Under the pieces are notes generated by a model. That model searched no databases and was not told the origin of the DNA. It was given only the letters and a program-made list of their open reading frames with translations. The position numbers were made by a program, and so were the translations under genes. From Selaginella moellendorffii (lineage: Eukaryota; Plantae; Lycopodiophyta): a DNA stretch of 64,000 bases. The DNA lies in the NCBI RefSeq assembly GCF_000143415.4, contig NW_003314311.1, positions 1,248,769 to 1,312,768 of the forward strand, read 5' to 3'. Numbering within the stretch: the stretch's first letter is position 1; every line of letters begins with the position of its first letter. Shown piece after piece: positions 1 to 12,223 of the stretch.

Positions 1-728
1 CTCTTAATTGTATGATGTGATGAGTTATGGGTAATTGCACGAGTAATGAGTTAACACCTTATTGCAAATCATTTCTCTAAGAAGAGAAAATGATTTACGT
101 GTTTAATTCTTCGTCCCTGACAACTCTCTTTTCGGTCTCATCTTTGACTAAACCTCAAGCTTGCATTCGCACTGCTTTCAATCCAATCCAAGAAAAGTTT
201 ATGAAAAAGCTTAGCAATGACTACTTGAACCAACAGACTAATCCCTACAGTCTTAATTGATCCACTTATAATCATGCCTAAAAAGGATCTACTAGTGTTG
301 TGCTAAATAGCTACAGACCAGCTTATTTGCCACTCATAGCAAACCTAAGGGAGGTTTACTTTTATCCATGCTATAAAAAACAACTCATAGAACCACCGAT
401 AAGCTAATATTAATCCTGCCAATGCAAAGTGTAACCTTGAGTTGCTAATATGCTTTACTTATAAGCCTAAGCATAAACTTGTGCTAATGTGCCTCACTCA
501 CAAGCCCAAGCACAAACTTATGCAAACAGAACATCTCACATCCATTTTATGAACCCTAAAACAAACTCACATAATATAGTATAAAAAGGTAACCAAATCT
601 ATACCCAAGGAATGAATGCAAAGCCTTTACACCCAAACATATATCCACTTGGATCATCATTTTCACTTTTGCATATGAAATGAAACTAATTGCCTAATCT
701 CATTGGATAATACTTACTGAGACTTATC

Positions 729-739
729 CTCTGATACCA
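729..739 (-). mobile_element. Primer-binding site (tRNA-iMet type) of an LTR retrotransposon running out of the left edge of the window
   Basis: Minus strand reads TGGTATCAGAG, 2 nt after ...GCTACA (plus tgtagc at 742). Confidence 0.7.
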
Positions 740-741
740 AA

Positions 742-2215
742 TGTAGCACATGTGGTTTTTACCCTTTATCCTATGGTGATTTACTATAGAATAACCACGA
801 AGCAGAACCTAAACCCTTTATGTACCACGTATCCAAAGGATAGTGGTGTGGAACCCGAGTTTCAGGGCCTTGGCCATTGAATGAAAGAACAGTGCTGAAC
901 TCCTAAGCATGGAGCTAAGGAGTGGTGGAACCAAACCACGAATCAACTCCCGAGCATACAGCCCCAAGAGTGAAGGGACAGGAGCATGGAGCAACTTGGA
1001 ACAGTCTTAGAGTATCCAGGATTCCAATGTTAAGATCAACATGCAAAACAAAACTTAGCATTATTTCAACATACCAATGGCTTAATGCGAAAATATAGGT
1101 ATTAGCATGGTGTGGAACTCAACCTCAGACCCAAGCCCCAAGCCAAATGCAGAACAAAGACATGCACATAAGCAGGAGCTAAACTATACCTCAGGTTGGT
1201 CAGCCATGCCCAACTTACCCATTACCCCTACTATACATTTAAACCCCCCCCCTCCCCAATGAGGAACACATACTTTACGCTTTCACCCCAAACCTCCTTT
1301 AGTGCCAAAAGTTAGAACCAACTTGAAACTTGCTAAATATGGAATATCTCTAGATTGCGAATTTGGCCACAGGACAAACACCATTGTGTTTAGAATAATC
1401 TCTACATTTTATAGATATGCTAAATGAATAAATCTAGACAATTTCCATAAATAGCATTTAAGGCCAAAATAAGACTAACACAAAAGGCATGATAGCGAGG
1501 GTGTTTGGCAAACACGGCAAGCTATCATTCAACGATATTGAGGGACTAATCTTAATACGCAAGGGTTTTTGCTAGGTTAGTGCAAGACAGAGCAAAAGAG
1601 AACTAACAAGCCAGGCTAAGTATGCTCAGCTAGATAGACATTTAGGAATTCCTTCCTTATGCTCATTTGGCCAAGTACAGATGCTAAGTCTAATTTACTA
1701 ACACTTAGATAAAAGGGGCTGATAAAGGGTCTAGCAATATTGACCTCTTACCGTTGTGGTAGTAAAGAAAGAATATCTGAAAGGATTAGCTAACAAGTAA
1801 CTTTTAATACCCACAATCACATTTGCAATATTTGCCTCAACTGGTTGTAATGTATGGCTTATATATGCAATGGGATGGCACTAACTAGGCATACTCAAAC
1901 TCTCTTACATCAACACACCTCCAATACCAATATCAAAAGGATCCACACGCAAAATAAAAGGTCGAATGTAGTTAGGACATGCCAAAACCAAAGGAGTCGT
2001 TGTAGCGCATGTGATCATAGGATGAGATTTGGATATATTGTTACCATGGATCCTTGGAACTTTGGGGGATAAATGGGGATAAAATAGCCACTAAGGGCTC
2101 TCTCATCAAGTAATTGCTCCTTTTCCAGTTGGCTTAAAGGGAGAGAGATAAAGTGCGCTATATATGGTATCGAAGCAAATGGCATGGGTTCGATTCCCAT
2201 TGATTAGTTGTTACA
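742..2215 (-). mobile_element. Candidate 5' LTR (~1.47 kb) of a minus-strand LTR retrotransposon
   Basis: Minus-strand termini TGTAAC...GCTACA form near-inverted ends (tgtagca at 742, tgttaca ending 2215), and the PBS follows directly. The partner LTR is not in the window, so the right boundary is inferred. Confidence 0.5.
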
Positions 2216-2319
2216 TAAAATATAAAATACCCTTAAGCAAGGTATATTCCTACCCCTAAATTTGAAAATTGTATGTATTGGGCATCCATGTGTACGTCCT
2301 TCCTTTTTTGGAGCATCCC

Positions 2320-2513
2320 AAACGAAAGTATCCACCATGGGACTGCAATATGGGTGGATGACTAGTTGTCTCACATGGAATAGCTAGTGTAGATTGCAAT
2401 ACGGGTGGATGACTAGTTGTCTCATATGGAATAGCTAGTCTACACAATGTGGCGCATCCCAGACGAAAGTATCCACCGTGGGTTGCCTCACATGGAATAG
2501 TTAATCTACACAA
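2320..2513. repeat. Imperfect ~50-bp tandem/dispersed repeats
   Basis: gggtggatgactagttgtctca(c/t)atggaatagctagt occurs twice in tandem; cgaaagtatccacc and atggaatag..tctacacaat recur. Confidence 0.7.
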
Positions 2514-2550
2514 TGGAAGGATTAATAGATTTAGTATAGAAATGGAGGTG

Positions 2551-3690
2551 CTAATTTAGTAGATTTAGTGTAGAAATGAAGGTGTTAATTCCCCTTGACT
2601 CAGTACAAAGCACATGAAAGCACTGGATATCATTCATACACTTCGGAGTAGAGAACTTTAGAACAGGCATAAGTTTATCATGACTAACTTGTAAATTATC
2701 ATGAGAAATACAGCACCCAAGATAAGTCGTATCCTTGGACCCAAACACACACTTTAACCACTTCAACTTTAAACTAGCTTCTTGCAGCTGATTTAACACT
2801 TTATGAACATCACAAATATGTTCCTTCTACATCCCCTTAAATGGATCAAGATATCATCAATGAAATCTATAGTCACCTTTAGCATATCAAAAAAAACTTT
2901 GTCTATCATTCACTAGAAAGTCACTAGATCATTGTTCAAACCAAACGGCATCACCAAGAACTCGTACAAACCAAATAGTGTATGAAAAGTAGTCTTATGA
3001 ATATCTTCTTCAGCCATCGATATTTGCAAGATTTAACTTAGTAAACCAACAACTTCTCCCTAGACAATCCAAGAGATTAGCAGTGTGAGGAAGAGGATAC
3101 ATATTTGGGATCGTTACTTCATTTAATTGACAATAGTCAATACAGAAATGAATACTCCCATTAGGCTTCATCACAAGATGAAGTTCACATGCCCAAGAAT
3201 TCTGCAACTTTTGAATAACACCCTTTTCCAACATCTCCTTAACATTTGCATGTAAAATCTTGATCTCTTTGGGTGACCATCATTAATCATCACAATCATT
3301 AGCATGTTCGAATGCACATTTGAAGATGTCCGAGAGAACACTCCAATCCCCACGAGTGACTGTGCTCAAACCATTATACCACTACAACGCCACCCTTAAA
3401 GACACATAGGAGACTCATGCAAACGTCGAGCATCATCTCAAAAATGATATGTGGCAATCACTATGAAGTGATCGAACCAATGGTACACATCATCCTTAGG
3501 ATTTTTTTGAAAGAACTTTAGCTGAATGCCAGGATTGGCACCAAGAGCAGGAGGAATTGTACCACATGCTGTGAATGCTGCCATCAATTGAGTTTGGTTA
3601 TTCAACTGCAATCACACAGTATCAAGTAATTGCACCAACTGTTGTTTCAAAGTCAAAGGAGAAGAAGACTATTACTTTGCCATGAAGATG
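2551..3690 (-). mobile_element. Degraded Ty3/gypsy pol (RT) with probable gag remnant
   Basis: Broken frames contain [41 protein letters not shown] and LKWLKCVFG..YLG, typical of gypsy RT. Many stops and frameshifts. Confidence 0.85.
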
Positions 3691-5170
3691 AATGAAAAGA
3701 AAATAGCAAAAGAAATGAAATGAAAAAAGTTAGAAGGAAAAGAAGATCTAAACAATGCAAAAGCTAAATCTAAACCAAAATCCTAAAAAGAAAGAATAAA
3801 AGATAGAAAATGGAAAAAAATTAGATCTAGACACTGCAAAAGCTAAATTTAAGCCAAAATCATTCCTCAAGAACAATCAAAAGTGCCCCTCAACTCCACT
3901 AATGTGAGTGCATGGAATATAGAAAGAGAATATACAAAATGTCTATATCAATTAACTTAAAAGCCCTAGTTTATATATAGAAGCGAATGGTTCAAATTGA
4001 AATCAATCTGATGGCTACCAAAATCCCACTATGCTAATATTAATATACAGCATCATAACCATACACTTGGACCTCATAGTTTGAATAAAATAAAATGCTC
4101 TAATGCTTGCTATGGCTTTCACAATGAAGAGGATGTGAGAAAATATTGATATGGAGAGTGTTTAAATTGTCAAGAGTTCAACATTAAGAAGAAGGGAAAT
4201 GATGAAAATTTATAATATAATATTGAACAACAGAGAAGAAAAAATGGATTTATGTTAAACATTCTGAATATAAAATTTTTAAAACCTTACCTTTATATGG
4301 ACTCTAGAAATTAATTTAGTCCAACCTCAATTAATCTAGAAATATAATCAATCTCGTATATCCATCTATAGTAAGTTTTAAATTCAAATCCCATGAGCAG
4401 AGGTTTAAGATTTAATTCTTCTTGTGGTCAGTAATGAATATATTCCTCAATAAATATAGAGAAATGATAAATGGTATAAAACTTTGGCAAAATCATCAAC
4501 TATAAGTATGATGAAAAGGTTGTTTGGCTCTAAATCAATGCTATTGTTGTAAAGGGAATACCACATCCTAAGATTCATCTAAGCACAACTGAAACTATAA
4601 TCTAGTAAAATGTGGCCATTCATAGTTCAACAAGAGTTATGCTTACCTTATTCAAAATCCAACAATAACTCAAGTTAACCGTGTGCTACAAGAATGGGGA
4701 GTAGATCATGGCTTCTTTACAGCTCTAAACACACACAGCAGAAGAAGACCAATGACCAAACAGACCAATGATTGAACTTTAGAATGGCAGAAAAAGGTTG
4801 ATATTTTTTTGAAGGAAGGTTGGAAGTTTCCCAATGGGTAAATATTTCCCATCAGGAAAGACTAAGCAAAATTTTGCTATTGGGACACAAATCTCTAGAC
4901 AAGTATAAACAAAACACTAAGTAAGCCACTTGAACTTAAGTAAGCAGAAACATTTGTACATTTCTACCCAATCTATCTAAAAATGATCTTGATTTAGCAC
5001 ATGAAAATATATATTCAAAAATAAAATAATATACCAAAACCTATTACTTCTCTAAACATAACTGAAAGTCTCCCCACGTGCTTAGTCCAAGTCCATAGTC
5101 AACAAGTCAATACTGTGCACCCCTCAGTCAGGGCTTTAAGAACCGCGAAAATGGCAGAGCCAAAGAAAAG

Positions 5171-5454
5171 ATGAAGGGCTTTCTAGTGCTGCTGCTTGTG
5201 TCTGCTATTATAATGCTTGCAATGACACACCAAGTTTCCTGTAGAGCTGGTGCTTTTGGGCATACAATTGGTGATCGTGTCCTCTTGGAGGAACAGGCAT
5301 CGCCAGTAGATTTGGCATCACCGCCTCCAGGATTGAGAAAACGGGATCCTGGTGAGTCTTCAAGAAACAGAACCGACTATAATAATAGTAGCCACTTTCT
5401 GTGACAGGTTTTTTACCTCCACCTGATGTGCCACCACTGTCTGGCAATCCATAA
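5171..5454 (+). CDS. Small secreted peptide precursor, 75 aa, exons 5171-5351 and 5408-5454
   Basis: N-terminal signal peptide MKGFLVLLLVSAIIMLAMTHQVSC. A 56-nt intron G|GTGAGT...TGACAG|G (5352-5407) joins in frame to give ...LRKRDPGFLPPPDVPPLSGNP*. Confidence 0.65.
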
Positions 5455-5629
5455 AGTTCTTCTCCTGCGAGGTACGAACGACTAATTACGAAACACAACA
5501 AGCAATAAACTTGAAGAGGTTCAAGTCCATGTTTTTTCATTTTGCATGAGTCATGTTTGGAAAAGCTTCTTTAAAAATGGACCACAATTTCAATCAAGGT
5601 GAACCATGAAGTCTCAGTGCAAAAGAGAT

Positions 5630-7580
5630 CTCTTTGCGGGCACCACTGCGCACCCACCTTTCTCACAGGAGAAATGCTGCTTTCCAAGCAGATGCACAGA
5701 CGTCTGTGAAGCACCCTGCAAGCGTTGCCTCGAGCCTTGCATCTGGAACGGCTAGCATCTCAGAAGCTTCGAGATTTGCGAGAGGTCACGCTGTGACAGC
5801 CCGTGCACGAAGCTGCTCATAGTATCCCTACATAGGCTTGTATGGCAAATCCCTACGTCATTTGGCATCGCAATCATACTTATGACACTGAAGAAGAGTG
5901 AGAGCTCCGACAGATTCATCGAGCTTCGACTGTGGCCATATCTTCGAGGTTCATCAGTGGATAGCTATGGACAATCACGACTTAGTGCTCTCTTCAATCG
6001 TTTTCAAGTCCTGGTAAGTTCTTTGTTTGCCGTTGCAGATACCTTAAACTTTTCCCAACTTTTTCTCAGCAGGACCGCAGAAAGACGCCTCAAATTCTGG
6101 AAGTATTGTTGTTGTTGTTGTAGTATAGTTTAAGATTTTATGACCCGATAGAAAATGTTCAACTCTAGTCAAAGATGGTCTTGTAACCCACAACCACACA
6201 ACAACGCGGGATGAGACATTGGTCCCATTGTAGTGTCCCTGTGTATTAAGCCCTAGCTGCTCAAAGATTTCATCGTTGAAGACAGTGGATTCCTTGAAAC
6301 ACATAGTTGTGACCACAGGATGCTTGGCCACCATCTGCATGAGCATCTCTTTCGACACCTTATTCATTCTCACCATGGATGAATTGCCACCCAATGCTTC
6401 ATTATTCGAGAGTAACTGGGCTTCTTCGGCCGGGGGATGTATCGAGCCATAAATCACCACCAAACATGCCAAGCTTGAAAAGCAGGCCAGGACAATGCCA
6501 CTCCATCCAGTCTACCCTGCCGGGTGCCGGTTCTAGAGCTTGGAACTTTTACGCTTACCTTTGCTGTTGACTTAGTCATAGCTCCTTCTTGTCACGCCAT
6601 TTGGAACCATGAATGCGTTCCTCCACGCCGCTGGGAACTATACACATTGCCCATTCGGATCGCTTTTCAAATATAGATATTATTCTTGATCAAATGATCC
6701 TTAAATGCCCCGTCCATCCTAGAGCTCTAGAGCCACCCGCGTGTATAGAAGTCTTGCAAGAAAAATGTAAGGATATTTTCTTCTCAATCTTTATCTTTGT
6801 GCAGTCAGAATTTCCCGTCGTGAAATATGGGATGGGAGCTTTTCGAATCGCGTTTTTATTGGGGGGGGGGGGGCTGACGATTCCCTCATTGTTGACAGGG
6901 AATGCATGGCCTGCAGTGGCGGCCCTGCTCTAGCTGAAGTCCGTGTGTGCCGCAATGGTGAGTAGCAAACGTGGTGTGTACTCATGGTACCGCATGGTTA
7001 ATGGTTGCACAATAAATTTGATATAGAGTGCACCTACTGTCCAGCTTGCTAGCCATTGTTGTAGAGCCATATTGTCCACAGTGGATAGTTGTCTAAAGAT
7101 CACAAGCTCCAGATTTAATCCCAAACGTTCTGTCCAGGCTTTTAACTCGTGCCACCACCTTTGTACACGAGACTTATAGAATCCTCCATGGCCTTATCTT
7201 GGTGATATCTTCTCAATGCTTTGACAAAGACGATTATTCTTTTCCAGGTTATGATTTCCATTGGTAGCAAGCTACACACCGTATTCTATAAATGGAACTG
7301 ATGTAAAACAGGACGCTTCCACCGAAAAAGCTTTATGTTGGCATTAAAGATTACTACAGCTTTTATCGGAAACACACCAAAAAAATTACTTACCTACAGA
7401 GCCTTTTTCCCCATTGTTAATTAGAGAATATTCGTGGTTCCTGTGAGGTGAGCTTGGAACCAGGGTAGAGTGGAGTGGTGTTGTCCAAGCCAAACCAGGC
7501 AAGCTCTCTCATGGTGGCTTGTGGCTCGATGCAATCTCGGTACTGCCGCTTTGGTGAGAGAATCCACAGAAGGCGCATGC
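5630..7580 (-). pseudogene. Fragmented coding-like relic (possibly BTB/LRR-type), family not established
   Basis: Several interrupted minus-strand ORFs with protein-like composition (6044-6472, 6930-7124, 7417-7580 'MRELAWFGLD'). No intact frame. Confidence 0.2.
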
Positions 7581-7733
7581 TGTAAGAATAATGATTGAAC
7601 ACGACAAGCAGTCCGAATCGTGATCAGATCTCTGGTGATTTCCGATTTGATTGAAGTTGTATATATATACAGCCATGTATGAATCAACGTGTGTTGAAGT
7701 GAAATCCGTTGTTCTTGCTCCGCTTTTCTTTCT
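7581..7733 (+). repeat. 5' LTR of copia element
   Basis: tgtaagaata...cttttctttct, directly followed by the PBS. Confidence 0.95.
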
Positions 7734-7790
7734 TGGTATCAGAGCGCTGGTTTCTGAACTCTTTCTTCTCCTTTCTTTGTGCCTCACATC

Positions 7791-10700
7791 ATGAGCTGCA
7801 GCAAAGTTGGATTGATCTTGCTTCAGGGAGTCACTGCCTTTGATGGGAGGAGAGGGTTCAACACTTGGTCCGAGAAAATGATGCGCGTGCTGCAGATGGA
7901 AGAACTCTGGGAAATCGTTTCACCACCAACAATCGCTGCAGATGCTCGTACGCGGCGAGCCCCTGCTGCGTTGGGAGCTTCAACTTCAGTGGAAGGAGAA
8001 GTTGTGGATGAAGAGGCAATTCGTGCCTCTGTTGCAGCAGCTCGACAACAGCTTGATTCAGGGGAACAAGCTGCGCTGGAGAAGAAGGAATCTCGAGCAA
8101 AAGGATTGATTCTTTCTAAGCTTGCAGATGCCCTTATGATGTGTTTGCGTCATAAGTGTGCTTGTGAGATCTGGGCTCATCTCCACAACAAGTATGCTGT
8201 TCTTTCCCTCTCCAAGATTAGCATGGTCGAGACTTGCATTCGTGAGACCCGTTTTCATCCAGGCGAGAACTTTGAAGAGTTCCTCGCCAAGATGCAAGAC
8301 CTGTGGATGGAGCTTGAAGGCAGTCCAGCAGCGTTCAACGAAAGCAAGAAAGTTCTGGCACTTTGCGAGGCCATGCAAGATTCTTCTTTTAGTTCTTTCG
8401 TCCCTACCGTTCGCATGATGTCGCTCAACTTTGAACAAGCTGAGCAAACTTTACGCTCGGAGCTGGCTGCGAGAGGTTTGATTGTGGACTTTGATCAGAG
8501 GCCTTCCCATGTTTTGATCTCACAGTCTACATCAAATGCTTCTGCATCAAGCAATCAGTCAGGGACTGATTCAGCTCTGTGGGCTGGAAATCATCGAGGC
8601 AGAGGAGGCCGCGGAAGAGGAGGACGAGGCAGAGGTCGCGGGTTTAGGGGAAATCCGCAGCAGCAGCAGAATTCAGGGAATTCTGGTAAAGAAGCAGCAG
8701 TTCGGGATTGTTTTGTGGGCAAGAACAAACAAGAATGCTGGACCTGTGGGATGCCAGGGCACTACTCCATGGATTGCCCAGTTGCAGCTTGGCTGCAGCG
8801 CATGAACATAGGGCTCGCAGCAAATGCTCAGGAAGGGGAAACACAGGAACTTGCGGCATCATCTGAGGTAGCAGTTCCAAACGTTTCTGAAAAACTGACC
8901 ATCGATTCAGGTTCAGAGAGACACCTGATGCAAAGCGGGTCGAACTTTGTGCAGTTGCGTGCTGCAAAAGGGAAGTGCATTCGTGTGGGAGATGGAAGCA
9001 TTTTACCTGTTCGCGCAACTGGGGATGTGCGAGTTCCACTGGGAAGAAAGACTCTGCTCTTGAAGAATGTGTGGTATGTTCCAAAGATAGTGAAGAATCT
9101 GGTTTCTGTAGCCAGGCTTACGGATGAAGGTCTGGATGTGAATTTCTCCAAACATCAATGTCAAGTTCTTGCAAATGGCCGTCCATTACTGCATTTTCCC
9201 AGATGTGGTAACCTGTTTGAGAAGGAGATAGCTTCTGGAGAAAAATCGAATGCTCCTGAGATATGCATGACTGCAGATAGTTCTCTCTGGCATTCTCAAC
9301 TTGCACATGCCAATCCCCCTCTCATCAGGCGTATGCAGAAGCAGGAGCTTGTGGATGGCTTCAACGACCACGTTCTTCAAAGTTCAGCAAAATGTCACAC
9401 TTGCATTCTTGGCAAGCAAACCCGTCGCACTTTCAAACCTACTGTGACCAGAAGCACTCGTCCCTTGCAGCTCATTCACTCAGATGTTTGTGGACCCATG
9501 CGACTGTTTGCTCAGAATGGCACGAAGTATTTTGTGACATTTACAGATGATTTCTCCAGGCACACAGATGTCTTCTTTCTTCGTCACAAAGATGAAGTCT
9601 TTAGCAAATTCAAGCAATTCGTAGTAGAAGCCGAAGTGAAAACTGGTCAGAGGGTTGGTTGTTTACGTACTGATTCAGGAGGGGAATACGTCAACAAGTC
9701 CTTTCAGCAGTTCTGTGCTGAACAAGGAATTCTTCATCAGCGCTCTTGCTCTCATACCCCTCAACAGAATGGAGTCTTTGAGCGCAAGAATAGGACAATC
9801 ATGAACGCAGTTCGGTGCTTCCTTCAAGAATCAGGACTACCAAAATTCCTCTGGGCTGAAGCAGTTGGATCAGCTGTGCATGTTCAAAACCTTCTCCCTC
9901 ATTCTCGCAATCCCAACAAGATCCCAGAAGAGCTTTGGACTGGTCAAAGACAATCGGTGGTGCATCTCAGGCGTTTTGGTTGTTTAAGCTTTGCAAAAAG
10001 GGTGGATGAGCATCTTGGCAAGTTGGAGAGCAGAAGCAAGCTGGCCTTTCTTGTTGGATATGATTCCAATTCAAAAGGATATCACCTGTACCAGCTTGGT
10101 AATCATCAAATTTTTGTAAGCATTGATGTTCGTTTTGATAAAGGAACACTCTACAAAGATCATGTTCAAGAAGAAGGAAGCTTAGATCAGAACATGAACT
10201 GGACTCCAGAAGAATGGAGTTGGGATGGTGTTGAAGACGGTGATGAAGATGACGATGATCTGACAATCATCTATCCCTCATCTCCTTTAGCAGATGATCA
10301 TCCAACACCAGTCTCTGGATCTTTTCTTCCTGAAGAACAGGGCGATGCTACTCATCGTGCACGAACTGGAGAAGTCAACAGGCTCACACGTGATCTACCA
10401 TTCAATGTGGAGAACTATGGGCGGACATCATCTGGACGATCAAGCAGAGCACCTCATCCCAAGCAATGGTCTTTTGCAGCAACAGAAATAGCTTCTGAAC
10501 CAGTCAACTTTGAGCAGGCAATTCAAGCTCCTGATGCAGATAAGTGGATTTCAGCAATGCAAGATGAGTTGAATTCTCTTGATGAGAACCAGACTTATGA
10601 CTTGGTGGAAGCTCCTGAAGGATGTGAAGTTGTTGGATCACGCTGGGTGTTCAAGCTTCACAGAAATCCTGATGGATCGGTACAACGTTACAAAGCAAGA

Positions 10701-12062
10701 CTTGTTGCTCAAGGATATTCACAAGTTCCTGGAGTGGATTTTGATGAGACGTTCTCACCAATTGTGAAGCAGACAAGTATCAGAATGCTTCTGGCTTTTA
10801 CAGTGGAGTTTGGTTTGTGCGCACATCACATGGACGTAAAAACAGCCTCCCTTAATGGGAACTTGAAGGAGGAGATATTTATGCGGCAACCCCCAGGTTT
10901 TGAGCTTTTTGGATCACGGTGCTCCGAACTCGTCTGCAAGCTTCGCAAGGCTCTTTATGGCCTTAAGCAGGCTTCCTGTCAGTGGTATGAATGTTTGGAT
11001 TCTTTTCTTATGGATCTCGGTATGCAGAGGTTGAACAGTGATGGAAATTTATATCTTCTTCAGCAGGGTGATCACTTTGTTGTGATAGCAGTTTATGTGG
11101 ACGACTGTTTGATTGTCAGCAACAATCACACTGTTTTGAAGGATCTGAAGATCAAGCTTATGAACAAGTTTGTGATGAAGGACTTAGGAGCTGTGCGGCA
11201 GCTATTAGGGATGGAAGTTGACAGGGATGAAGCAGACAGGACAATCACCCTCACACAATGCCAATATGTGAAGAAGCTTCTCAACCAGTTCAACATGACA
11301 AGTTGCAAATCCATGGCTACACCAGTCGTCACTGGCATCAAGTTCACAAGCAAGATGGATGATTTATTTGATCAGCCCTCGGTCTACCGATCGCTTGTTG
11401 GAGGACTACTCTACCTCGCCAACATGACTCGCCCCGACATCTCCTTTGCTATTGGTCTCCTCAGCCGATACATGCAGTCTCCGAGTTGTTATCATTGGCA
11501 GATGGCGAAGAGAGTTTTGAGGTATTTGAAAGGAACGGCTACTCATGGATTGGTTTACAAATGCTCAGGTCAATCCAAACTTGTTCTTCAAGCCTACTGC
11601 GATGCAGATTGGGCTGGCAACTTGGATACACGACATTCAACCTCCGGAATTTGCTGCATAATTGCCGGTGCTCCAGTTTCATGGGGAAGCAAGAAGCAAA
11701 CGACAGTTGCTCTTTCCAGTGCAGAAGCAGAATACGTAGCTGCCAGTACAGCAGCAAGGGAGATCATCTGGCTTCGTCGATTACTTGGAGAACTCAATCA
11801 ACAGCAATCAGATGCAACCATTCTGCATTGCGACAGCAGAAGTGCAATCGCCATGTCAAAGAATCCTGTGTTTCATGCTCGTACGAAACATATAGACATG
11901 CAGCATCACTTCATTCGCAAACATGTAGCAGCCGGAGATCTTCACCTGGAATACGTTCCTTCACAGTATCAGTTGGCGGACCTTCTAACCAAGCCACTTT
12001 CGGAGCTCACATTCATCAAGCTGAGGAATCAACTTGGAGTGTCAAGCACACCCTCAGCTTGA
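7791..12062 (+). CDS. Copia gag-pol polyprotein (gag, Zn knuckle, protease, integrase, RT, RNase H)
   Basis: Uninterrupted ORF with CWTCGMPGHYSMDC, IDSGSERH, HSDVCGP/LRTDSGGEY/ERKNR, YKARLVAQG, YVDD, CDADWAG and QLADLLTK. Integrase precedes RT, the copia order. Confidence 0.96.
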   Translation: MSCSKVGLILLQGVTAFDGRRGFNTWSEKMMRVLQMEELWEIVSPPTIAADARTRRAPAALGASTSVEGEVVDEEAIRASVAAARQQLDSGEQAALEKKESRAKGLILSKLADALMMCLRHKCACEIWAHLHNKYAVLSLSKISMVETCIRETRFHPGENFEEFLAKMQDLWMELEGSPAAFNESKKVLALCEAMQDSSFSSFVPTVRMMSLNFEQAEQTLRSELAARGLIVDFDQRPSHVLISQSTSNASASSNQSGTDSALWAGNHRGRGGRGRGGRGRGRGFRGNPQQQQNSGNSGKEAAVRDCFVGKNKQECWTCGMPGHYSMDCPVAAWLQRMNIGLAANAQEGETQELAASSEVAVPNVSEKLTIDSGSERHLMQSGSNFVQLRAAKGKCIRVGDGSILPVRATGDVRVPLGRKTLLLKNVWYVPKIVKNLVSVARLTDEGLDVNFSKHQCQVLANGRPLLHFPRCGNLFEKEIASGEKSNAPEICMTADSSLWHSQLAHANPPLIRRMQKQELVDGFNDHVLQSSAKCHTCILGKQTRRTFKPTVTRSTRPLQLIHSDVCGPMRLFAQNGTKYFVTFTDDFSRHTDVFFLRHKDEVFSKFKQFVVEAEVKTGQRVGCLRTDSGGEYVNKSFQQFCAEQGILHQRSCSHTPQQNGVFERKNRTIMNAVRCFLQESGLPKFLWAEAVGSAVHVQNLLPHSRNPNKIPEELWTGQRQSVVHLRRFGCLSFAKRVDEHLGKLESRSKLAFLVGYDSNSKGYHLYQLGNHQIFVSIDVRFDKGTLYKDHVQEEGSLDQNMNWTPEEWSWDGVEDGDEDDDDLTIIYPSSPLADDHPTPVSGSFLPEEQGDATHRARTGEVNRLTRDLPFNVENYGRTSSGRSSRAPHPKQWSFAATEIASEPVNFEQAIQAPDADKWISAMQDELNSLDENQTYDLVEAPEGCEVVGSRWVFKLHRNPDGSVQRYKARLVAQGYSQVPGVDFDETFSPIVKQTSIRMLLAFTVEFGLCAHHMDVKTASLNGNLKEEIFMRQPPGFELFGSRCSELVCKLRKALYGLKQASCQWYECLDSFLMDLGMQRLNSDGNLYLLQQGDHFVVIAVYVDDCLIVSNNHTVLKDLKIKLMNKFVMKDLGAVRQLLGMEVDRDEADRTITLTQCQYVKKLLNQFNMTSCKSMATPVVTGIKFTSKMDDLFDQPSVYRSLVGGLLYLANMTRPDISFAIGLLSRYMQSPSCYHWQMAKRVLRYLKGTATHGLVYKCSGQSKLVLQAYCDADWAGNLDTRHSTSGICCIIAGAPVSWGSKKQTTVALSSAEAEYVAASTAAREIIWLRRLLGELNQQQSDATILHCDSRSAIAMSKNPVFHARTKHIDMQHHFIRKHVAAGDLHLEYVPSQYQLADLLTKPLSELTFIKLRNQLGVSSTPSA

Positions 12063-12070
12063 AGGGGGAG

Positions 12071-12223
12071 TGTAGGAATAATGATTGAACACGACAAGCA
12101 GTCCGAATCGTGATCAGATCTCTGGTGATTTCCGATTTGATTGAAGTTGTATATATATACAGCCATGTATGAATCAACGTGTGTTGAAGTGAAATCCGTT
12201 GTTCTTGCTCCGCTTTTCTTTCT
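12071..12223 (+). repeat. 3' LTR of copia element
   Basis: Identical to the 5' LTR except position 5 (A/G); preceded by the PPT. Confidence 0.95.

Larger units (their letters stand above)
7581..12223 (+). mobile_element. Full-length Ty1/copia LTR retrotransposon (4643 bp, Ale/Retrofit-like compact layout)
   Basis: Two 153-bp LTRs (7581-7733, 12071-12223) with 1 mismatch. 5-bp TSD CATGC at 7576-7580 and 12224-12228. PBS TGGTATCAGAGC at 7734; PPT AAGGGGGAG at 12062-12070. Confidence 0.97.

Noticed and set aside
5352-5404. Unspliced C-terminus ending TDYNNSSHFL (DY sulfopeptide-like)
   Set aside because: Lies between a consensus donor and acceptor at typical intron length. It could only matter as an intron-retention isoform.
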